A stretch of 63,683 nt of DNA, the filler included, from Licmophora abbreviata (lineage: Eukaryota), in assembly GCA_900291995.1 (NCBI GenBank). It is 11 parts of 11 records of this genome, joined end to end, with 100 filler letters (N's around TTAATTAATTAA, not from the genome) between each part and the next. Parts side by side here need not be neighbours in the genome. Positions count along the whole stretch, not along the records: positions 1 to 17,514 come from OLMU01003223.1; positions 17,615 to 19,822 come from OLMU01003224.1; positions 19,923 to 26,964 come from OLMU01003225.1; 8 more parts are not named here. The stretch is one strand, 5' to 3'. Position numbers and translations under genes: made by a program. The notes under the pieces were generated by a model. That model did no database searches. It saw only the letters and a list, made by a program, of their open reading frames with translations, and was not told the DNA's origin. Each line of letters opens with the position of its first letter. Position 1 is the first letter of the stretch. Positions 11,775-21,601 of the stretch are shown here, piece after piece.

Positions 11775-14700
11775 CTATTGGTCGAGTGGGCCAACCCTCG
11801 CGTCCGCTTTCTCGTAGTTGACAACACAATTCATTCCTCTGCACCACTTTTCAAAAGCAGCCCAGTGCCTGTCGCCTTCTGCCAGCGTCGCCAAGTCGCC
11901 AACCACAATCAAGGCGCGTCTTGCACGAGTAAGCGCCACATTCATTCGTCGCCAGTCTGACAGAAAGCCGACCTTTCCATGGCGGTTTGACCGTACGGTG
12001 GAGAATATGATGACCTCCCGCTCTCTCCCCTGGTATCCGTCGACAGACTTTACTTCAACGGGCTCGGTGAGCTTTGAGACAAGTTCTTGGAACTCCTCAT
12101 CCAAAGACATGATGGACTTGATGAGCTCGACTTGGCCGGTGTACGGAGTAACGACGCCTATGGTCAGCGTCTCAGGATCTCCGTTGATGCCACGCTTTCC
12201 TAGCATATTTTTGATCAGGTCCAGAACTTTAGTTGCTTCCCCTTGGTTCGAGTAGGATGTCTCTTCTCCGCCTGAGGTTGCAGCAGAGAAGACGGTCCGT
12301 GGAAACTTGCCCCCTCCTCGGCGACGCTCATTGCTGCGACCGCCGACATCAATGAAGCGCACGCCGACACCGTTGTCCTCGCTGGGCGTGTCGACAAGTG
12401 CTTGAGGGAAGCGGCGATGACTCCCCAGGAAAGAAGGTGTTGCAAGCAAACCGTCGTAGAAAATTGCTGAAGAGAAGGCTGATATAGATGGATGCATCCT
12501 ATACTGTACCGATAGAAGAAGTGCGCCAGAAAAGCGCTTACGATAGGAGCTTCTTTGTCTATCGTCGTCATCCATGCGGCGCAGAAGCGATCGTGCTTGT
12601 TTTGTTGACTTCGACTGAAGAAAACGTTCGTCCCTCTCGGTGTGATCGGCTTGACCAGTCACAATGACAGGTTGCGGTAGCGTAGCAGCAAGTCGTTCCA
12701 TCAGGGAGACCGAAAGTGGCGATGAAGAACTTGTCTTTACCGTGGGAGGTAGTTGACATGGATCACCGAGTAGAACTAATGATCTGCAGCTGTTAGTAGC
12801 CGTCATGGGAATAAGCGTCGCTGGCTCTACACTTTGGCATGCTTCATCGACGATGACAAAAGGCAGCGATAGCGGCGGAAGATCGTCAGGTGCGGCTTGG
12901 CGAGTGTTGTCGCTTTCCTTCACCTTGGTACGAGCACCAGGCTTAGATGACTTCAACCTTCCATCTTGCTCAAGGATGTCGTCGCCGGTTGCGATACCGC
13001 ATGCCGCCAACAAACGTGTGTCGAACGCTCCAGTTGAAGTCGAGACAATAACATCAGCTTCTCTCAGCGTTCTAGTAGCTGCAACATTACACGCCTACAG
13101 AGCAAACCTCAGGTATGTAAGAGTTTGCGGGCGAACAAACGAAATATTGTTCCAGAGGCAAGGTTCACCTCTTACCTCGATTGAAGCCTTCACGGCAGCA
13201 GTCGCAACGTCGCGCTTGCTACGCTCGCTCAGGACGGCGCTGTGATCCCTGCTTGATCCTTTTCTGTTCGACGGAGGTTTTGCCAACTGCGATGTCGCCC
13301 ACGCAGCGTTGCGAAGCGCCTTCTGTGCGTCAGGATCCTGATCGATAGCGGCGTCCAGTGTGAACTCCCAAAGAGACTCACTGACTGCGGATGGCTTTCC
13401 AATCCGGACCACTTTGAGACCGACACGAACCAGCTGCTCGGCAAGATTGTCAGCACCTACGTTGCTAAACGCACATGCAAGCACTTTGGCGTGCGGAGAT
13501 ATATTTCGGCATTGGTGAACGAACCCGAACCCGATGGCGGAAGCAACCGTCGTCTTGCCCGTTCCTAAATACGCACAAGACAAGAAAGACGGTATTTAGG
13601 AATGTAAGTCTCAGTTGACTCCTTGAGTTCACTATTTGATCAACCAAATCAACTCACCTGGTGGACCCTGGATCAAAGTAAGCCGCCGTGTCAGCGCAGC
13701 CTCAATTGCTGTCAGCTGTGGACCATTGAATGGACTGAAGGTACCGTATGGGTTGGATTGAATGTAGCTCAACGCCTGTTTCGCAAGCTTTGGTGAATTC
13801 GGAAGCGGCGGCCGAGCGAGGCTGTTCGCTAGATCTCTTAAATTGCAGGCATCCATATCCCGGAAGTAGGTACTGGACGGGTCATTCAGTGCAAATGTGG
13901 AGAGAATCGTATCTCGTAGCAACTCGTCCATGCAGATTCTGTCGTGAGGTCTGGCATCCTTCTCTTTCTCAGGATTCCCGACACTTGACTGCTTTGTTTT
14001 TTCCGGAATGGACGTAAGTTGGCTCACCGCCGCAACCATACGGGTGTACGGCACATTGGAAAAGAAGCGATCGGCACGCAGTCGCATTCGCGGATCACCC
14101 TTGCCCGAAGGACTGCCGTTGTTTGGCGCCGGCCCAAACGCCGCTTCGAACGACCCACCCAGTAGTGCGACGTCGATGTAGCTAGGACCAGTGCCGAGTA
14201 CCCGTGCCTCGACGGAGACAGCCATACTATTGGTAGGCAGTGAGGTCTGTTCAAAGAAATCACCACTTCCTCCTGGTTGAAGAGTAAGCAATATCACATC
14301 GTTTGACGAGAACTTGTGGTTCGGAGGAAGCTCACGAGCTGAATCTAGGCTTGTGTGTTGCACTTCGCCAGCGAAGGTAGTGGCATCCTTTGCCTTTGTG
14401 AGTCGATATACTTCATCGGAGTACAAATCTCCGCGTCGCTCCGGATAAAGATCGAACAATGCATGACCTGCAGCTTCAAGTCCTAGTGGGTCCTCGGCTG
14501 AAGCCTTGATTCGTCCCAGAATCTCGTCCTCCTACAGAGAGAGACAAATGGAATGAGAGGACGATAAAGACGACGATGCGTGAGACAAACAGTCTGTGAT
14601 CCAAAGCAGACGATCCACGTTTTCGTCATTGGTGTATCCAATTTTTTTTTATCCACTTCAAGATTCGCGGAAAGAATCTGGCTTGTACTACCGGTAATAG

Positions 14701-15232
14701 ACATGCGAGTAGACGAAGCGTGTTACCATGGCGACGATCTTACCTCGGCTTGATATTCTGTCGTAAGTAAGCTGAGAAAGTGTGAATGATAAGAAGACAA
14801 CGAGTTGTAAAGATTCGTTCTTTTCCGAGATCGTCCTCGTCCCGTGTTTCTTTCCTTTCTCATTGAAGAAGCAGCGGTGGTGACTTTCTTGTGTGTCCAC
14901 TGTGCACGGGCCATGGGAGAGCTTGTGAGCGTACTGCCGAGCGACCGCGCTACTTCCGATAAATCAGCATTCGAGTCATGTCCCCGTTGCATTCGTCTAG
15001 TGCGACGATCGGACGCTTTCTGTTTCCGCATGGTCAAATTGGCAATCCTGTAAGACGACGATGAACGGTGCGAACTAGTGATTCTTTCGTCTGAGACAGA
15101 ATTGCCGTGAAATGACGACACTGAAAAGGCGGTGACCAATATAGAGATATTTAGTAGCTCAAGGCATAAGAGCAGCAACGCTGTGGTCCAGAAGAAGCCA
15201 CAAGGCCGTAAATTCTGCCCCATGATTGCCAT
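11775..15232 (-). CDS. SF1 Upf1/DNA2-NAM7/IGHMBP2-like helicase with predicted bipartite plastid presequence; at least 4 exons
   Basis: LIQGPPG|TGKTT Walker A split by an intron; CAFSNVGADN, VIVDEACQ, LLGDPCQLPP, QYRMHP, VTPYTGQ, SVDGYQGRERE, RRMNVALTRAR. N-terminal hydrophobic stretch ends in ..LVTA-FSV.. Confidence 0.9.
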
Positions 15233-15664
15233 TCTCACTGTCTTCGTCGACCAAGGAGTTTGCTGTTCCGAAAAACTGGCGCGCAAAATGAAGTGGAAAG
15301 CTGTGTTCGGAACGGAGTTCGGAGCAACGTCAGTCCAGAAACTGGGTCGAAGTAGTCACCAAATCTGTGTGTACATACGAGTGAGTATGCAGGTCATCAT
15401 TTAGTCGAATGAGTCGATTGAACAACGTTCGGAATTCGAAAGTTCCAAATCTTCTCCGGATCTTGCGTGAGTATCATGGTACGCAGCCCGCGTAGGATTG
15501 TACATGCATTCAACACGTGTTGATTCTTTCAGGGATTTGACATCGCGCCAGCCGAAAAAGAACAAATCGCATTGTGAAGGGATCAATCGAGTGTGTTGAA
15601 GCTGTTGTGGTTGTTCCTGTGGGTAAACAACGTGTTACTTTGTTAATTTACCTCGTGTGCAGCA

Positions 15665-16819
15665 ATGCTGACTCGCCCTGCGAACGATAGCATGTCGATC
15701 GAAACCGATTCCTCGGTTCGAGGGCACCGCAGTCCTCACTCGGAAGGTCAAGTTTCCAACCAGGCTGAGAAATTCCATTTCATCGAAGACGATGCCAGCG
15801 AGTATGCCGACGACGAGGATTGGGGCATTGTTTCCGACGATGGTACCCATGTTGGAAGCGTTGCCGACTACCGTAATGGAGTCCTCATTGTCAGCGGCAT
15901 TGAGGCATCGTCAGATGGATACCCTCGTCACGGCCACCACAACAGCCCCACGGATCTATCACTTCCCGGGACGGACTCGATTCCGACGGACTTGGACAGT
16001 CTCGGCATTATGAGTGCTGCAAGGCATGTTTTGTTTGACGCAGGGTCATTTAACCGTGGCGACGACCTCAGCTTGGACAATGTGGTGGATACCAACGTAT
16101 TGACCCGTGAATTCTGGACCAAGCCCAAGAACTTGCGTCTTGTGGCAAAGGGATTCGCGTTTCTGGTCGCCATTCTCCTTGTTTGGGACCGTTACTCGCT
16201 GCAGAGCTCCAAATCTCGCCTTCAGGAAGAGCTCCGTCAGCTGCAGCAAGAGCAAGAGGAGTATCGCACGGAGAACCACACGAATCATCTCATGAACAAG
16301 ATTCCAAAAGTGCCTCCCCCCACTTACCATTTCGACGATTTGACATGGAGCATCATTGACGATGAAAACGACGAAAACGACGAAAACTATGCTTCGGGTG
16401 GTAAATGGTACGACAAGGACTTTGAAGAGGTAATGCTCGCCGACAATTGCTGGGTCCGCGCCAAAGCATCGGTCTCGTTTGGCAATTGCGCCAACGACGC
16501 CAAGGAGAGCTTCAAGGATTGGTCGACCAAGGCATACAATTCCTTCGAGTTTTTCAGTCACAGCGTCAAGGATACGTTTACTACAGTGAAAGATCAAGCC
16601 CTCGATCACAACCCATTTGAAGGCATTCCCTTTCAAAAGGCGGGAATTTCGATCGAAACTGTGAGTGAAGCTACAGCCGTCGTGGCGCATGCAGCCGTCA
16701 AGGCATCCGATGCCATCTCCAAGGCTGTAGCCGTCGTCGACGACTCTATCCTTCAGTTTCTCGATGTGGCTCGAGATGCCATCGACGAAGCGACTGCTTC
16801 TGTGCGGCTGGATGAGTAG
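15665..16819 (+). CDS. Uncharacterised single-pass membrane protein (acidic disordered N-terminus, TM, coiled coil)
   Basis: Intronless 384-aa ORF; TM GFAFLVAILLVW followed by a Q/E-rich coiled coil. Confidence 0.75.
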   Translation: MLTRPANDSMSIETDSSVRGHRSPHSEGQVSNQAEKFHFIEDDASEYADDEDWGIVSDDGTHVGSVADYRNGVLIVSGIEASSDGYPRHGHHNSPTDLSLPGTDSIPTDLDSLGIMSAARHVLFDAGSFNRGDDLSLDNVVDTNVLTREFWTKPKNLRLVAKGFAFLVAILLVWDRYSLQSSKSRLQEELRQLQQEQEEYRTENHTNHLMNKIPKVPPPTYHFDDLTWSIIDDENDENDENYASGGKWYDKDFEEVMLADNCWVRAKASVSFGNCANDAKESFKDWSTKAYNSFEFFSHSVKDTFTTVKDQALDHNPFEGIPFQKAGISIETVSEATAVVAHAAVKASDAISKAVAVVDDSILQFLDVARDAIDEATASVRLDE

Positions 16820-17514
16820 AGAAGTTGGCGCAAGGCACGGGCGCGACGTGACATGACGAGTATGTGTATTAGACACTGCGACTCTGCATATTACATACAA
16901 TTAGGCTTGAGACACTTATTGCACAGAGCATGTTTCTAGTGGAAAGAATGTGGTGCTCTAGACGACTCATTCGGTAGACCTACCAGGTACAGACATGTTT
17001 TAGCGCTTTGTAAAGCCATCACCGGACGGCCACTCCGAGTGAAAAAAGAGAGGTCGAGGTTCTCGATTCGGTTCTCCGAAGCAATGGGAAGCCCCGCAAA
17101 CCTTACTACTGTATATGGCGTGTGGTTTGATCAAGCATAACTGCCTTATACGAAGACAACGCTTGAGACTAAAGTCGCTTGCACCAGCTCTAGTAGATCA
17201 CCTGACGCGACGCATGGTGATGCTCCAGACGAGTACGGGTATTTGATCTACGTATTGCCTTTGCGGTTTTAACAAGGTAGACCCATCTCTGAGTCACTTG
17301 AAGAACGGTCCAAGAAGATCCATAGCAAGTCGGTTGCGTTTCGGAGAAGCGGCCGCTGCGTAGCATACGCATGTCATTCCGGCAAAGAAGATCTCACTAA
17401 TGCTCTTGTAATGGACAAAAGACTTGCAGCTCTGTTCTTTCTAGATTGATTATTGTAAAAGGGGACGACACCACTGAATTGAACTCATTTTGTGAGGCGC
17501 ACCGCACGAAACTT

Positions 17515-17614
17515 NNNNNNNNNNNNNNNNNNNNNNNNNNNNNNNNNNNNNNNNNNNNTTAATTAATTAANNNNNNNNNNNNNNNNNNNNNNNNNNNNNN
17601 NNNNNNNNNNNNNN
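17515..17614. other. Assembly join (44 N + TTAATTAATTAA + 44 N). Identical joins at 19823-19922, 26965-27064, 28250-28349, 30146-30245, 38929-39028, 51097-51196, 53777-53876, 55908-56007 and 61111-61210
   Basis: The same 100-nt cassette occurs ten times; the palindromic 12-mer places TAA stops in all six frames. Confidence 0.99.
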
Positions 17615-17949
17615 GGTTTGAAGAAAAAAACAGGTACGCTCAAATTAGTTTCCGAATACGTTTGGATGCTAAAAGAAATATGTATATATAAAAATCAGTG
17701 GTCTATTTAACCTATGATCCGTTGGGTCCCATGCCATACTCATGCATGTAGGTCCACTGTGTTCGTAACTGCAGGCAATTCGATACGTTCGACTTCAAAA
17801 GTGACGGGGCCACAATGAGATCTTCTGCGCTTGATGCATGCTGCTCCCCGCAACACGCAACACCGCCTCCTCCCCACTGCTCTGTCACAGGCGTTGACAT
17901 TGAACCTGAATACACAGTTAAACTCCGGTTTTCTCTGTAAAGATTCAGG

Positions 17950-20494
17950 ATGGAAGGAAGAACGAATGAGTTCACGGAAGAGAAGGTCGAGTTCGTGGCG
18001 GATCCATCTCACGCCGACCGATTTCTGCCTCGAGTCTCAGTGTCGAAGAAGATCAACAATGATGGTGACGTGAAGGTGGAGATTTCCGTTCGTCAGTTTC
18101 AAGCTGAGGATATGGCCCGCGTGCTTGATTTTGAGCAGGTGCCTGAGCATCCTCCGGACGGCTCCGTGCGATACTGCGAAGATGCCGGGACCGACGGACT
18201 TCGTTTTCCTGTTCGACACGTTTGTTTGCGAGGAGGATTTCTGTTTTTCTTTGACGTTCAAGATGTCGATGACGAGGCTGGTCTTTTCGAAACGGTCTAC
18301 CATGCTCCCCCGTTGGGTGTAGTTCCCCTGGAAGGCGTGTCCATTGAATTCCCACCAGGAGGACGACGCTTCTTTCGTGATCATTCTCACCACAACGACG
18401 CCCGAAATGGATACGAGCTCGTTATTCTTCACGATACAGATGATCCTAATCTGGAAACGACAAGACCTCCGATCTTTCTTGTCTTGAACGCGATGGGTCA
18501 GCGAGAAGCCTTTTCGAAAGCTCTCAAAGTTCGATCTAAGGCGAAGCAGGAAACGCGGATGAGGGCAGCAAACGTCGCCTCTTCCCGGGAACAAGCTCCA
18601 TCTTTGACCGACGAAACGCTCCCTAAACGCAGTGTACGAGGAAGAAATTCTCAGGCTTCGGCTCGCAGTCGTCTCGCTGCAGAGCGGGCCAATCGCCGTA
18701 CGAATAGCTTTGATAGCGAAGACGACGACACGGAACAAGCCATGACTGAGTTTGGCATTGAGGAGTTTTCGGAAGCGAAGTGGCTCGATGCTTTTTTTGC
18801 TCGGAATAACGACTTCGATGCCCCTGCCAAGTGTCGCGAGTTGGAAGAATGGCAGTCGAACATCAAGAGTGGGCTCAAGGGGGCCGTCAAGGAACAATAC
18901 GTTTACTTTGTCGATGCATCGCGTGAAATGACTATAATGGGGCGCGACATCAATTTTCTTAAGGAGAAGGTGGAGAAGCAGAATGAGCTCATCAAGGACA
19001 TGAAAGAGATTGATTTTGGCGTTTCCTTTGGACTCAGCGGGTACGACTCTGACGACGACGACCTCGATCCCGGCCAGATCCGTCCCGGTGGTGCTCGCAA
19101 GAGTCGACGCCAACGCGACGGTGAGGGAATGGAAGACGACCAGAGCGACGCAAGCAGCATTTCGTCCGACGAAGAGTCCAACAAATTTTCTAAGCGAAAG
19201 AAAAGAGGCAAGGTTTCTCTCCGCTCCACATCTCGGGACGAGGTACCCGTCGAAATCCCAGCATGGTTGGAAGACGTTGGAGAAGAGGTCTCCGCTTTCA
19301 TCAAGGAGTGCCGCTACACGTCCGCCACGGACCTGCTGTTCAAAGCCAAAACGGAAGTTTCAGACATTTTCAACCAGGTAGGGTCTTCCGATGCGCTATC
19401 GATTTGCGTATCCTTGTGTTCACGCGACGCATCCTCACAATAATATTGTCGCTCTTCCTGTGATCTTAGCACGACAAACTGACCGAAGATCGCCTTTCGA
19501 AGAAGCAACGAGCCGCTTTAACGGAAATAGGGCGAGGCTTAGATAAGCTTACAGAGTGGATGAGCAACCGTCTTGTAGAGGGTCTCCGGAGGAAGAATGA
19601 AGCCATGAAACAAGCGGGTAAACGCGAGCGGTCCGATCCACTTTCGCTCATGGCACCGATGGTGTCGCCCATTTGTTTGAACGACGACGCAATCCCTTTG
19701 CAGCTCTTGGTGAAGCTGGGCAAGACGCAGGAAGCTGCCACGGCATACGCTGCGAGACGCTCTCTACTCCTCATGGAGAGGTAAGTCTGAAACCGGTTCC
19801 GTTTGTCAGTGCTGCCGACGCGNNNNNNNNNNNNNNNNNNNNNNNNNNNNNNNNNNNNNNNNNNNNTTAATTAATTAANNNNNNNNNNNNNNNNNNNNNN
19901 NNNNNNNNNNNNNNNNNNNNNNCTTCAGATCTCCCAAAGGACGAAGACAGCTCCATGTTATCCGGGGCATCAAGGAACGTGCCCCCAGGAGCGCTTGCGT
20001 CGATAGTACTTTGGTGTGATTCCGAACTATCCAAGTTCTCGTCAGCATTTGGGGGCACCCGCATTCTTGGCAATTTGGCTCTGTCACCTCCGCCTCGGGG
20101 GGAATCCGGTTCTAACAGAATGGTCGGCTTCGAAGATACTGGTGACACTGGGAGCAAGGAACGATTGGTAAGTGAGACTCCTCTACGAAAGCGTGGGCTT
20201 GGTCGGATAATGGACCTCATTAGCTGACTCTTTTACTTCCTACTTCCCTTATAGAATGCGATCGATGTGGCAGCCCAGTGCGTCGATCAAGCCTTCCAGT
20301 ATGCATCTGTGAACCTTGACTCAATTGGCCTACCATTGACCCCCCGTCTCGCCGAGTACATTCGATCGCGCTTGAAAGGCTGCGAAGCGGAAGTCGCCCG
20401 AAAGTTGGATATCAGGTGGAAAGGCTACACTGTCGATTGGGAAATGGATATTATGGACAATGATATTCCCATGGATGATCATCGAGGACTATAG
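17950..20494 (+). CDS. EXO84: Exocyst subunit Exo84 with an N-terminal PH-like domain; multi-exon, interrupted by the gap at 19823-19922
   Basis: Vps51/Exo84 N-domain LKGAVKEQYVYFVDASREM; LQLLVKLG..AATAY; C-terminal AAQCVDQAFQY..LDSIGLPLTP resembles plant Exo84 AAECVQIA..LEARGL. Introns at ~19378-19469, from 19781, and ~20168-20254. Confidence 0.8.
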
Positions 20495-20585
20495 TAAGAG
20501 AATAAAACGAACAGGAAGTGACAACGACTTACGACTTTTATAGCAGGCCCCGACTCCATCGAATTGGAAGCATCGGCGCCTTTGC

Positions 20586-20957
20586 CTACAGTAGTTCACC
20601 GTCGTCATCATCGTCATAATCCCCTTGTGGAATCATTGCCATGTCTCCCAGTACAGTCTCCGCCCTGGCGCTTTCCAGCGCCAAGGCTCTTCGCTGCCTT
20701 TTGCGCCGACAACATACGAAGCATCGGTAACATACACAGAGAGCGATGACAATTACAACCGCGAGAATAACGTATCCAAATGTTTGCCATGCTTCAGTGC
20801 CGTCGTCGCCTGTGTCTAAGCCTTCAGAAGTATTGGTGGTATCGGTATTATCATCAGGGTCATCGTCAAGCCTTCGGAAGAAAGAGACGTCAGCACCTTG
20901 GACTTCAGTCCCCAAGGAGGCCATGAAAGCGAGTAACGCTATTGATATCAACGTCAT
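20586..20957 (-). CDS. 123-aa type I membrane microprotein: signal peptide, RRL motif, acidic D/T-rich luminal peptide, TM, Cys/basic tail, C-terminal DxxLL
   Basis: Translation shows MTLISIALLAFMASLG.., FFRRLDDDPDD.., FGYVILAVVIVIALCVC, CCRRKRQRR and ..DDDDDGELL*. Confidence 0.8.
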   Translation of the reverse strand: MTLISIALLAFMASLGTEVQGADVSFFRRLDDDPDDNTDTTNTSEGLDTGDDGTEAWQTFGYVILAVVIVIALCVCYRCFVCCRRKRQRRALALESARAETVLGDMAMIPQGDYDDDDDGELL

Positions 20958-21601
20958 TATCTTTTGACAGCACTATCGTCGTCAGATTCTTTCTTGAAGA
21001 GGCTCGTCGTAGAGAGGGTGCTAAACAAGCACTGCGACAGGAGTAATGACAACGGTATGAGCTCTCGCCAAGTCGCGGTCTTTTGCATCACCCACCATGG
21101 AGCATTGTGAGAGACATGCAAGAAAGGCATCAACTGAAGATGACAGAGACCTCGAGTGAATGAAAGGAGCTCGCGTCCGATATATCGGGTTGTATCTCGC
21201 TCTCTCTTAGCCTACTTTTTACCGGCGTATCATAGCACCTATCGTAGTGTGTCCGTTCGGACTTCCTACTCGCCGCAGCTTACGTAACTGTCGCCTTCAT
21301 AAGCTCGCCGCGATAATCTGAAAGCGTAGACCGGTCTCACCATTAATACTTCCGGTATTGTACCGCCTATGCAGTCATGCACTGCAGACAAAGTCGTCGT
21401 TCGTCATACCATACAATTGTGATATTCTGTAGTGCGACCTCTACTGGGCATGGTCAAACTACTGTACAGGCAAAGATTGACATTTGATCGATACTTTATC
21501 ATAATACATTCATGCACAAAGATTTCCCGAAGTATCACGGCCGACTGAACTCTGCACCGCTTGACTTTCTCGCAATAGCCCCGCACTCGCACAAGAAAAA
21601 G

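Noticed and set aside
16900..17514. Longer intergenic stretches (also 27065-27600 and 48550-49450) as tRNA, snRNA or MITE loci
   Set aside because: No cloverleaf, T-loop consensus, terminal inverted repeats or second copy could be found by eye; an Infernal or tRNAscan run would be needed to exclude them.
17559..17570. Recurrent palindrome TTAATTAATTAA as a biological repeat or transposon target site
   Set aside because: Always centred in exactly 88 Ns; it is an artificial six-frame stop linker.
18037..19113. Long antisense ORFs (358 aa here; also 16046-16900, 21705-22427, 23223-24092, 31901-32659, 42451-43140)
   Set aside because: They mirror well-supported genes on the opposite strand, show no motifs, and are expected from codon bias at this GC content.
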